This document shows positions 26,832 to 36,082 of a stretch of 64,000 nt of DNA, one piece after another. How positions within the stretch are numbered: position 1 is the first letter of the stretch; each line of letters starts with the position of its first letter. Under the pieces are notes generated by a model. It did no database searches and was not told where the DNA came from. It was given only the letters and a program-made list of their open reading frames with translations. Position numbers and translations under genes: made by a program. Origin of the DNA: a virus; IMG/VR virus record IMGVR_UViG_3300030333_004348, positions 4,137 through 68,136 of that record. One strand, 5' to 3'.

Positions 26832-29800
26832 ATGGCCAATCCTAATGAAATTATAGATCCGCAAACGCAGGAAAACTTAAAAAATCAGCAGGCAGAAGCT
26901 GAGGAAAGATCTAATCAGAATTTCAATATTGGAGGAGGTGGCGCAGCTGGTGATGTAGACACTGGAACATTCGGTCAGACATATACTCCTGCTCCCCCTA
27001 ATACTAATATTGCATACTCTGGTTCTGACTGTAAAGCTTTTATAGTTACTTATGGACAAGTAGCTAAAGACTCATTTATACCATTAAAAAACTTATCCGC
27101 TATTAGTTACTCTATTCATAGAGATAAATCTCCTGTAAGAAGTTTAGGAAGCTATGTTGCTACCGATTATACTAAAGGCACAAGAACAGTAGCTGGAAGT
27201 ATAGTTATAATAAACTTTGATAGGGCTGCTTTTTTTGAGCTAGTTAGTGGAGTTGATATCTATGGAGCTGCGGGACAGAATATAGAAGTGGCAGATAATA
27301 TTCCTGCATTTGATATTATGTTAGCCTTCTCTGAGGAAAATAAGGGAAGACATAGCGCTTTATGGACAGATGGGAAAATAGGTCCACCTAAGCCTGATAA
27401 TGCAGCTGACTTTTCATACATGTGGATACGTAATGTGCATTTTGTTGATGAAGGCTCAGTTACTGGAACTGAAGAAGCCTATTTAGAAACTACATTCCAA
27501 TACGTTGCAGAACATGTCGAGTACTTAAGACCTAATAATGTTAATATTGGAACTTCTCCTGTTGCAAATATTGCAAGTACTGTAGGAGGAAGTCCAAGTA
27601 CTACAACATATAATAGAGCTACCCCTCATAGACATTATACAGAGCAAAGAGATGAATTAGCAAACTGGGATACCGGTCAACAACAGATGAAGTTAATATT
27701 TGATAAAAAAGAAGTTGGAAATTTTGAAGCTTCTTTTGATTATACTATTAGTACTGTGTCTAATGCTGATGCTATTAAAACAGCGGGATCAGATCCTGCT
27801 GAATGGGTAAGACCTGATACTAATCTTATTTTTGTTGACGATGACGTCCCTGCTCATATGCTAGGAAACATGTCTAGTATAACAGAATTAACTGTAACAG
27901 GAATGCCTCAAGGAGGAACTGCAGAGGGTCCTGTTAATATTGTATATGAAAGTTTTCACCCAGATGCAGATATTAATAATAACAATATTATTCATATTAC
28001 TAATGCACATTTATTTCATGATTATGAAAGAAACTGTTGGCAAAAATTATGGGGATTAAATAAACCACCTGTATTTGGCAATAAATTCCAAGACGATCTA
28101 CATAATGTAGGTAGAGCAGAGTATGAAGAATTCGAAGAAATATTATATTACGATGGTGTAACGATGAATCCAGGTAGTGTAGAATTTACATTACAGGGTG
28201 AAGTAGATAGTAATGCTATTGTGGGATTTGCTAATGATGTAGATGAACATTATAAAGCTATAAGTAGTAAACGTCAACACCCAGTAACTTTAACTGCTGG
28301 AGTTAATCCAGGAGATCCAGGAAAAGCAACAGTAACTATTGATGAAGCAGATGTACAAGAAACTCTTACAGAGTCGTTTGAAATAGATCTTGAGCCTTAT
28401 ATCGAATCCTATCAAATAAGTAGATCATATATTAATAATTCTTTTGATAGAATTGATTTAGAAATGTGGATTTTACCAGACGACGGAGATCCTTCTGCTC
28501 TTACTACAGGGGCAGCTGCAATGCCTTATCGAGCAGATTTGGTGGATCTTCAAAACTCTACGACGGGTCCTGATACTAATCAATTACAATTTAAAGATTT
28601 TGAATTTTATACAACTCCACAGATAGCCCCGGATCATTGCGATAATGCGGGTTATACTAATCAGGTGGACTGTACTACTAATGGAGGGGCATGGACGACT
28701 GGACAGAATACTACAGGTAAGTTTACTATCTCAGTACCTCCTACTCCTTTAATAGACAAGAATGTTTCTGGTACTAGATCTGGTCCAGGAATATTAGGAG
28801 CTAATAAACAATTTATGGCAGATAAACCTGCAGCAGGACAAGATGTTATTGAAACTACATTAGGAGTAGGAGGACCTTCTTTAAATGAAGATCAAGTAGT
28901 TTTATCAGTTAAATCTCCAACAGGTGCAGATATATCTGGGTTCTTTAGTTTAACTAAACACGACGATGTATATGATGGTGATGGAGTTTTAGTTGACACT
29001 GAAGTAGAGATTTCAGGATATGCAGCAGAAATAACTGGTTATGAAGATAAAATTGTACAACCTAGTAGCAATACAGTATCATATACTCAAGATATAGGAA
29101 CATATACTTATTCATCTGAATCTAATATCCAAGATTTTGCTTTACAAGGTGATGCGGTTGATCATCAAATATCAGAAATAACTCAATTACTTTACGATTG
29201 GTCTGATACTGCTTATTTTCATCCGGAGTTAGTCCCAGAACAGGGATACTCTATTCAATATCAAGCAGGTACTAACAACTTTCAAGTAAGCGGTACAAGA
29301 GGTTGGACCTCAAAAGAACTAAGTCATCATTTAGGAAATATGGATAGTAGTCTAGTTCCTTTGACAGAACAATATCCTCTTGGAGCTGGTTATAGTGAGT
29401 TTTATGATTTTAAAGCAATGGGACAAAATAATGCTGTATATGTAGAAATATGCACAGTAGAGGACTACGTGATTGCTTCGGGAGTTAAACCAGTTACTTG
29501 GAGTAATTCTGCAGCCCATGTAGACCTACAGTCTTTTGGCATGTCATATAATAATGGTGGAAATTTTACTATAACCGACTTTAGTTATAATCCATGGATT
29601 GTATATCAAACATATAAAGTTAAAATTTATTATGAATACAAATATGTAGGAGATATTCCATTAGGAATTGATTATACTGCTGTAGATCCAGCTCCGCTGA
29701 CTACAACTATAGAACTAAATAATGCCGGTAATGACTCGTCAGCTGCTAGAGTAGTAAATGAAAGCAGTATCGAAGTATTTGTTACTGAAGGCAACACAGT

Positions 29801-31883
29801 GTCTAATACTAATTTTACTACTAGCTATGATGCTGGTACCAATATATTAACTATAGGAAATTTAACGTCCCACACTCCTTCTGAAATTATAGTAAATTAT
29901 CAGTTTGAGTATATAGGACAATTTCAAACTACTATAAATTATTATAGTTTTGCTAATAATTCTTTTGATGATGCAGTCACTGTAGATTTAGGACCAGATC
30001 AGCCTGTTAATTTTAATAAGGAAACAGATGTATCTTTAAGCTGTATTGATTCTTCTGCTCAAATAGATCCTACGCCTTTTGGAATAGTCGTAGGAGATCC
30101 GGTGCTAAACGCTACTACAAACAATTGGGAAGTTACTGTTTCTTCGATTCCCGGAATGATTATACATTCTGCACATGATGGCTGGTTCGCTTCCTTATGG
30201 AATCTAATATTTGGGGATCCTACAATGCCCGAAGGAAATATATTAATAGATATTAATTATAAAGTTTTTGACAGCACAACTCAGTCTCAACAGGTTATAC
30301 TTACATATGATGGACTAAAGGATAATCAAACAGGTGCTTGGGCTACTCATAATCAAATGGCTGGTGTAGATCCATTAGATGGTTTTACAGTAAGTAAAAC
30401 GTATGCAGCAGATCAGTATGAAAAAATTCAAATAATAAATCCGGGATTATACACTGAAACTCAGTCAGCTTGTAGTGATACACAATTTACTAATGAGAAT
30501 GAGTGTTTATGTGGAACAGGTGGAGTATGGAATGGAGTAGATTGTACATCAGGAACAGCTACAGCTAATACATGGACAGCAGGCTCTGGTACTCCCTTAC
30601 ATAGCCCCTTAAATATCACAGGCTGGCAGCAAAATGTTAATCACTCTATGAATATAACAGAGACTACCGACTACTCTAATCTTAGTACGCCTCCTACATT
30701 AACTTTTAATGTAGATGGAATCTTAGCTAAATTACCTGGTAAAAATATTTTAGATACGGGTTTTGAGCCAGGTAACACCAAAATTACATTTGATTTAACA
30801 TATGATGTACAGACAGGAGAGTTCCCTATTACTTTTACTTATTTAAGAAAAACAGGAGATACGTATCCATCTATAGATGCTAATGTTAACTTTAAATTTG
30901 AAGCAGAAGTTCCTATTTTTAAACATGATCCGGCCGTAGATGCTACTTTAGATATTGTAGATAAAGTATATTTTTGTGGCAGTGATCCTGCTATGCCTGC
31001 GAGTGATTGCAGAAACGCAGCTCTAACATTGCCTCCTGTGGAGGTTGAAGCTATAGTACCTACTCACGATACTAGCGGAGAACCGTGTACAACTATAGAT
31101 CCTAATAATGCAAGCAACAATATACCTTCAGGATGTAATCCTAATTATGGGGCTATTACAGGACCCGACACCTTAAATATAACTGATCCTTTACAGGCAT
31201 ATACTTTAGTTAAAGATCCGAATACTACTAGTGGATCTCCATTTACTATAGTATTTCCTACAGGCGTAAATCCAATAGCTGATGCGAATGGAGTAAACCA
31301 GCCATTGTTAGAAACAACAGCTGATCCTTATTATATTGATGTGGATTATAGTAAATTAGTATCTTATTATCCTCCTTCTACCTATGACACTCCTGGATAC
31401 TTGCTTACAGCAATACTGAATGTAACAGATCAAGACACATTCAGATTAGTCTTAGATTTAGATAATAATAGTTTAAATTATTATAGAGGTTTAGGTTCTT
31501 GTGAAGACAGTACTATTGATAATGTCGATGATTGTATACAAGGTGGATTTGTTTGGACTGAAGATGTTTCTCAAGATACCCAGTTGTGTGAAGCAGTTGG
31601 AGGTCAATACATCATGGAAGCACCTTTATTAGAAGATGAGGTTATACAAGGGATACTTAAACCTGCGGGTATATGTCAATTAAGTGACACAACTATAGAT
31701 AAATTGATTTCAGATCAAAAATTTGTACAATTTAGCTTTATGCTTGTAGGTCCTAATACTACAGGATTTACAAATAGCAATAAACCTATATATAAAATAT
31801 TTGAATCTTCAGAAAATTTTAGTACTTTAGATGCGGCTGTTTCAGCAATGCAAAGACAATACGATGAAAAATTCGGGAAATAA
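26832..31883 (+). CDS. tail-tube-fold protein with ~1450-aa beta-rich extension
   Basis: N-terminal ~230 aa is paralogous to the tube (YSGSD..ISYSIHRDKSPV..KGTRTVAGSIV..DNIPAFDI..FQYVA); remainder is acidic, Thr/Asn-rich, with Cys2 modules. Confidence 0.7.
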   Translation: MANPNEIIDPQTQENLKNQQAEAEERSNQNFNIGGGGAAGDVDTGTFGQTYTPAPPNTNIAYSGSDCKAFIVTYGQVAKDSFIPLKNLSAISYSIHRDKSPVRSLGSYVATDYTKGTRTVAGSIVIINFDRAAFFELVSGVDIYGAAGQNIEVADNIPAFDIMLAFSEENKGRHSALWTDGKIGPPKPDNAADFSYMWIRNVHFVDEGSVTGTEEAYLETTFQYVAEHVEYLRPNNVNIGTSPVANIASTVGGSPSTTTYNRATPHRHYTEQRDELANWDTGQQQMKLIFDKKEVGNFEASFDYTISTVSNADAIKTAGSDPAEWVRPDTNLIFVDDDVPAHMLGNMSSITELTVTGMPQGGTAEGPVNIVYESFHPDADINNNNIIHITNAHLFHDYERNCWQKLWGLNKPPVFGNKFQDDLHNVGRAEYEEFEEILYYDGVTMNPGSVEFTLQGEVDSNAIVGFANDVDEHYKAISSKRQHPVTLTAGVNPGDPGKATVTIDEADVQETLTESFEIDLEPYIESYQISRSYINNSFDRIDLEMWILPDDGDPSALTTGAAAMPYRADLVDLQNSTTGPDTNQLQFKDFEFYTTPQIAPDHCDNAGYTNQVDCTTNGGAWTTGQNTTGKFTISVPPTPLIDKNVSGTRSGPGILGANKQFMADKPAAGQDVIETTLGVGGPSLNEDQVVLSVKSPTGADISGFFSLTKHDDVYDGDGVLVDTEVEISGYAAEITGYEDKIVQPSSNTVSYTQDIGTYTYSSESNIQDFALQGDAVDHQISEITQLLYDWSDTAYFHPELVPEQGYSIQYQAGTNNFQVSGTRGWTSKELSHHLGNMDSSLVPLTEQYPLGAGYSEFYDFKAMGQNNAVYVEICTVEDYVIASGVKPVTWSNSAAHVDLQSFGMSYNNGGNFTITDFSYNPWIVYQTYKVKIYYEYKYVGDIPLGIDYTAVDPAPLTTTIELNNAGNDSSAARVVNESSIEVFVTEGNTVSNTNFTTSYDAGTNILTIGNLTSHTPSEIIVNYQFEYIGQFQTTINYYSFANNSFDDAVTVDLGPDQPVNFNKETDVSLSCIDSSAQIDPTPFGIVVGDPVLNATTNNWEVTVSSIPGMIIHSAHDGWFASLWNLIFGDPTMPEGNILIDINYKVFDSTTQSQQVILTYDGLKDNQTGAWATHNQMAGVDPLDGFTVSKTYAADQYEKIQIINPGLYTETQSACSDTQFTNENECLCGTGGVWNGVDCTSGTATANTWTAGSGTPLHSPLNITGWQQNVNHSMNITETTDYSNLSTPPTLTFNVDGILAKLPGKNILDTGFEPGNTKITFDLTYDVQTGEFPITFTYLRKTGDTYPSIDANVNFKFEAEVPIFKHDPAVDATLDIVDKVYFCGSDPAMPASDCRNAALTLPPVEVEAIVPTHDTSGEPCTTIDPNNASNNIPSGCNPNYGAITGPDTLNITDPLQAYTLVKDPNTTSGSPFTIVFPTGVNPIADANGVNQPLLETTADPYYIDVDYSKLVSYYPPSTYDTPGYLLTAILNVTDQDTFRLVLDLDNNSLNYYRGLGSCEDSTIDNVDDCIQGGFVWTEDVSQDTQLCEAVGGQYIMEAPLLEDEVIQGILKPAGICQLSDTTIDKLISDQKFVQFSFMLVGPNTTGFTNSNKPIYKIFESSENFSTLDAAVSAMQRQYDEKFGK

Positions 31884-32127
31884 AAATTATAAAAAGAATG
31901 TAGATAGTATTAATGGAGGTGACGGACTGCCTGATTGGATGCAGTTTACTATTACAATTTCAATGCTTGGCATGTTATTGTGGATATTATACCTTTTATT
32001 CCATCCCACATTAGCCCTAGATGAAACTCATAGAGACTTATTAAATATATTACTAGGGACATTTATCGCCTCATTTGGCAAGGTAATAGATTTTTGGTTT
32101 AGACACTCTAAAAAAAAGGATAAATAA
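31864..32127 (+). CDS. small two-TM membrane protein, holin-like
   Basis: Two hydrophobic helices, LLNILLGTFIASFGKVIDFWF and a basic C-terminus. Confidence 0.5.
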   Translation: MKNSGNKNYKKNVDSINGGDGLPDWMQFTITISMLGMLLWILYLLFHPTLALDETHRDLLNILLGTFIASFGKVIDFWFRHSKKKDK

Positions 32128-32130
32128 TAA

Positions 32131-32976
32131 ATGAAAAACATGTATGATTATAGTAAAGTAGTAAAAGCGATGAGGGATTTTTTTCAAGGTGAAAAAGGTT
32201 TTATAGAAGTGCCTGCGCAAAGCAGACAATCTATATTAGCAGCTTGTGAAGATCCAGCTACAATTTCGCAATACATATTCAGCGGAGTTAATTGGCCGCT
32301 GCCTCAAACAGGACAGATGTGGTTAGAAAGAGATCTTCTTGATAATCCAGATGCTAAAGGTGTATTTTGTGTAACTACAAGTTATAGAAATGAGCCTAAT
32401 CCTATAGAGGGACGTCATGATAAAATATTTCCAATGTTCGAATTCGAATCTCATGGAGGTATGGAAGATATGATAAAATTAGAAATGGAATTATTAAATC
32501 ACTTAGGATTTAATAACGGAAATACTAAAGAAGACTATGCGCGTATAACTTATGATGACGCTTCTGATAAGTATGGAGTATCTGAGTTAGACTACGCAGA
32601 AGAAGAAGCTTTGTGTAAAGATTTAGATCCATGTACTTTCTTAACTCATTTTCCACTTAGGACTCATCCATTTTGGAATATGAAACATGCTGGAGATGGA
32701 ATTTATAATAAAGTAGACGTTATTATGCATGGTATGGAAACAATAGGATCTGCAGAAAGAGCTACTGATGTACAGGAAATGAGAGAACAATTTCATAATA
32801 TATCAGATGGTGAATATGCAAACTTATTATATAATCACTTTGGTAAAAAAAGAGTTGAAGATGAATTAGAAGAATATCTATCATTAGAGATGTTCGAAAG
32901 ATTTGGCGGTGGAATAGGAGTTACTAGAATGGTGGCTGCTATGAAAGCTGCAGGTCTATTACTGGAGAAAGTGTAA
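32131..32976 (+). CDS. class IIb (Asp/Asn/Lys) aminoacyl-tRNA-synthetase-like catalytic domain lacking the anticodon-binding domain
   Basis: Motif 1 MRDFF..KGFIEV, LPQTGQMWLE, motif 2 YRNE..RH..FPMFEFE, ETIGSAER, motif 3 GGGIGVTRM; only 281 aa. Confidence 0.85.
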   Translation: MKNMYDYSKVVKAMRDFFQGEKGFIEVPAQSRQSILAACEDPATISQYIFSGVNWPLPQTGQMWLERDLLDNPDAKGVFCVTTSYRNEPNPIEGRHDKIFPMFEFESHGGMEDMIKLEMELLNHLGFNNGNTKEDYARITYDDASDKYGVSELDYAEEEALCKDLDPCTFLTHFPLRTHPFWNMKHAGDGIYNKVDVIMHGMETIGSAERATDVQEMREQFHNISDGEYANLLYNHFGKKRVEDELEEYLSLEMFERFGGGIGVTRMVAAMKAAGLLLEKV

Positions 32977-33563
32977 TGAGAAATTTACTATTATGTGCTT
33001 TAGTAAGTTTAGGATTATCAGCTGAGTGGGGTTCTTCTATTAGTGTAAGAACCCCCAACGACTCTACTAAACCTTTAGATTATGAATTGTCTATTAAGGT
33101 AGAAGAAAATGAAGGAAACTTTAAATACCTAATAAAAAAGGACTGGGAAAGAGAGCTAGGAGAAGATTATGTGGATGATTTAATTAACTTTTCTCATAAT
33201 CCTTATGACGTTTTTTACTATGGAATAGATTACGTTAACAAGGAATCAAAAGATATATCTTATATTACTTATAACTTTGGAGTTGTATGGAAGGAATATG
33301 GATTAAGTGCAGGTGTATCTGTAAAGGATTCTGTGCCTTTAGCAACAATAGGTTTTTCTAAAAAGTTAAAAAAAGATGATTTAGAGTATAATGTTTCTAT
33401 TAATATGAAGAGTGACATTAACGATAACTATATTGCAAATGTTAAATCTGAAATAAAGAAATGGTTAACTTCTAGTATAAATGTATTTGGATTATACAAA
33501 CATGAATACTATAATACTAAAGAAGATTTTCAATTTAAAATAGGGATTGGGATAAAAATATAA
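32976..33563 (+). CDS. exported outer-membrane beta-barrel-like protein
   Basis: Signal peptide MRNLLLCALVSLGLSA|E, alternating amphipathic strands, terminal strand FKIGIGIKI. Confidence 0.6.
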   Translation: MRNLLLCALVSLGLSAEWGSSISVRTPNDSTKPLDYELSIKVEENEGNFKYLIKKDWERELGEDYVDDLINFSHNPYDVFYYGIDYVNKESKDISYITYNFGVVWKEYGLSAGVSVKDSVPLATIGFSKKLKKDDLEYNVSINMKSDINDNYIANVKSEIKKWLTSSINVFGLYKHEYYNTKEDFQFKIGIGIKI

Positions 33564-34096
33564 TGTATTTTAATGGTACAAATGCTAGCGTGTATATAGA
33601 TGGGCTTTATGTAGCCCATGCTGTTACTTTTGAATTTAATGAATCAGTTCAAAAGTTACCTGTATATGGCTATAAGTCTGTACTATGGGATACTGTTTTA
33701 AAAGGAAACAAAGTAGTTAACGGTGGATTTTCTATTAATATGGAAACAAATCACGATATAGAAAATTACTTAACAAATGCGATAGATGATACTGTTGGTT
33801 CTTCGCCTATCAATGGCACAGCGGCTTTTTCAAGAGAATTTTTTGATATAAAACTAATGTATATGAAAACAGAGTTTGAAAAGGGACTGTCTATTGCAAA
33901 TACAGGAGTCAATAGTTACTCTACGGATCCTTATTTTAAAAATATGTTACAAGATGGAGAATATGAGTATACTGCAGATGTAGGGATTATAACGATTAAA
34001 CATGCATCTTTGTCAAGGGTACAGCAATCTATCGTTATGGACTCTACTCCTATTATAGAATTCTATGAATTTGTAGCAAAGGATGTAGACTACTAA
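33563..34096 (+). CDS. tail-tube-fold paralogue (tube initiator / baseplate)
   Basis: YFNGTNASVYIDG..KLPVYGY..KGNKVVNGGFSIN..YEFVAKD. Confidence 0.7.
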   Translation: MYFNGTNASVYIDGLYVAHAVTFEFNESVQKLPVYGYKSVLWDTVLKGNKVVNGGFSINMETNHDIENYLTNAIDDTVGSSPINGTAAFSREFFDIKLMYMKTEFEKGLSIANTGVNSYSTDPYFKNMLQDGEYEYTADVGIITIKHASLSRVQQSIVMDSTPIIEFYEFVAKDVDY

Positions 34097-34953
34097 TGTT
34101 TTTTTCTGGATCAAATTTATTAGTAAAGTTATATGGAGGCCCTTATCCATATCCTAAAGTTACAAGTACCTTTGTATTTCCTGTTTCAAAATTACAAGTT
34201 ACAATTGAACAAGGAGAGTTAAGATATTTAACAGCTGACGGTAGGGGAGTTAATAATAATCCCCAAGGATTTTGTTGGGATGATGCTACTAGCACATATA
34301 CTAATAAATATTTAAACGAAGTAGATTGTAATACTGCTGGATTAATTTGGAAACCTTATGTTACAGCTACTTCTGTTACAGATGTATCAACAGTAAAGTT
34401 AAATAATATACATCTTTCTATGGCATTACAAGAAATGTTAGATTATTATAAATCTAATAATGTTAATCGACAAGACTATGATGCATTATCTGATTGGGTA
34501 AATGAGGTTACATATCAAGCTTCTCTAAATAAAACATGGAGACCTAATGTAGGAAATCAAACCGGAGAGATATTGGATGCTGTTGCTATACAGTTTGGAT
34601 CTGAGCAAGCTTCATCTCCTATATACAACCCCGGTAACATGTTAATGGATACTCAAATGAGAGGAACTACAATGATTAATGGGGTAGTTAGTCTTAATTA
34701 CAAAGCAGATTGGAATAGAGATTTAATAGGGTTCGATGGTGGTCTTCCTATGAACTTAGAAGTCATTTACAATAAAGATGAGTTTGAACTTGAGGAAAAT
34801 CTAGAAGGAGCGGAGTATGAATGGGAAACAAACTCTTTTAATTACTTAATTCATGATGTTGAATTTATCGGAAGAAGTCATTCAACTACTCCTTCTCCTG
34901 AGAACGTCATAGAAAATTACCAATTCATAGCCAGGGCCCTTACACCTAAATAA
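34096..34953 (+). CDS. tail-tube-fold paralogue with N-proximal insertion
   Basis: FFSGSN, then a ~140-aa insert, then DAVAIQF..PIY..RGTTMINGVVSLN..YQFIAR. Confidence 0.65.
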   Translation: MFFSGSNLLVKLYGGPYPYPKVTSTFVFPVSKLQVTIEQGELRYLTADGRGVNNNPQGFCWDDATSTYTNKYLNEVDCNTAGLIWKPYVTATSVTDVSTVKLNNIHLSMALQEMLDYYKSNNVNRQDYDALSDWVNEVTYQASLNKTWRPNVGNQTGEILDAVAIQFGSEQASSPIYNPGNMLMDTQMRGTTMINGVVSLNYKADWNRDLIGFDGGLPMNLEVIYNKDEFELEENLEGAEYEWETNSFNYLIHDVEFIGRSHSTTPSPENVIENYQFIARALTPK

Positions 34954-34957
34954 ATTC

Positions 34958-34986
34958 TTGCATACCTAAATATATTATAGTAAATT
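34958..34986 (+). promoter_or_regulatory. possible sigma70-like promoter upstream of the tail chaperone
   Basis: TTGCAT-17 nt-TAAATT in the intergenic gap; the region is AT-rich, so evidence is weak. Confidence 0.3.
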
Positions 34987-35014
34987 ATACCACTTATTAA
35001 TAAGGAGAATTCTC

Positions 35015-35386
35015 ATGACAGAAAAAGAAAAAGAAAATATAATACCAGATTCGTACCCATTAGGTGCGGATGGTCCTTCTCAAAAAGAGGTTGATAAACT
35101 TAAAGAGGAACATGGGATGGTAAGAGCGTGTTTTATCGGCGGAAAACAATATGTTATCCGTATGATGAATAGAGCGGAATACACAGACTTTCAGAATGAA
35201 TTAAATGAAAGAATGCAAGCAGGTGATACATCTTTTGATGTTGATTCAGAAATATCTAAAAGATACACTGTATGGCCTGCAGATGTTGACTGGTCTGCAG
35301 AACCAGGAGGCGCTGTTACAGTACTTGCCCAAGAAGTATCTAAGTTTTCTGGCTTTGTAGCTGATAGAGAAAGCGTAGAACTGTAA
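35015..35386 (+). CDS. tail assembly chaperone (putative)
   Basis: KLKEEHG..YVIRMMNRAEY..PGGAVTVLAQEVSKFSGF; between tube paralogues and the tape-measure-position gene. Confidence 0.65.
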   Translation: MTEKEKENIIPDSYPLGADGPSQKEVDKLKEEHGMVRACFIGGKQYVIRMMNRAEYTDFQNELNERMQAGDTSFDVDSEISKRYTVWPADVDWSAEPGGAVTVLAQEVSKFSGFVADRESVEL

Positions 35387-35415
35387 AGTTCTATTCACTA
35401 GAAACTTCTATAAAG

Positions 35416-35447
35416 AAAAGGGGGGAGGGCAATTACTCCCCTTTTTT
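35416..35447 (+). terminator. intrinsic terminator
   Basis: AAAAGGGGGGAG-ggcaatta-CTCCCCTTTTTT. Confidence 0.75.
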
Positions 35448-35449
35448 AT

Positions 35450-35460
35450 TGACATACCTT
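35450..35460 (+). promoter_or_regulatory. TGACATAHCT motif between terminator and second chaperone
   Basis: TGACATACCTT directly after the terminator, beginning 15 nt before a GTG start that lacks an SD. Confidence 0.55.
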
Positions 35461-35464
35461 TAGT

Positions 35465-36067
35465 GTGAAGGATAAAATATTAGAGTGGAAAGCTGTATAC
35501 GGCAATGTATACATGTATTCAATTGAAGGACAAGACATTTATTATCGAACTCTTAATGGCTGGGAAATACAGAGTGTATTAGAGCTAAAGAGTAATAATA
35601 AGGCTAGTCTAGACGTTGAGATGGCTATGTGCGTCATGGCCGTATTACATCCAGAACCTCTACCTTCCTTCTCTAGGCCAGGTAGTATTTCAACACTTTC
35701 TTCAGAAATTTGGACTAAGTCATTTCCAACTGAATCAACTTTGCCTGATTTAACTGAACAAAATAGAAAGTGGGCAAAAGAGAATTTAGAAGCTAATTTT
35801 AATATAGCATTGTCCTCAATACTATGTAAAGTTATGCCTTCTCTTGATTTTGCTCATTTAATGGATTTACCTCTGAGTAAGTTGGTTAAAATTGCAGCAA
35901 TAGTTGAAGAAATTCTACAAACGCCTATACTGTCAAAAGACGGTAATTTTGATAATAACAATAATGCACAAGCTGGAGCAGTAAGAGATGGCTATGGTGT
36001 TAGCCAAGAAGAAGCTAATAAAGCAAGTGCAGCATTATCAAACGCATTAAAATCTATTAAAAAATAA
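35465..36067 (+). CDS. second tail assembly chaperone (putative)
   Basis: EWKAVYG.VY..IYYRTLN..E..PGSISTLSSEI resembles the previous gene; GTG start with no SD. Confidence 0.6.
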   Translation: MKDKILEWKAVYGNVYMYSIEGQDIYYRTLNGWEIQSVLELKSNNKASLDVEMAMCVMAVLHPEPLPSFSRPGSISTLSSEIWTKSFPTESTLPDLTEQNRKWAKENLEANFNIALSSILCKVMPSLDFAHLMDLPLSKLVKIAAIVEEILQTPILSKDGNFDNNNNAQAGAVRDGYGVSQEEANKASAALSNALKSIKK

Positions 36068-36082
36068 TAAGGAGTATTTCTT

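Noticed and set aside
35380-35465. Programmed frameshift at the AAAAGGGGGG run between the chaperone genes
   Set aside because: The run lies after the first gene's stop codon and forms one arm of the terminator hairpin
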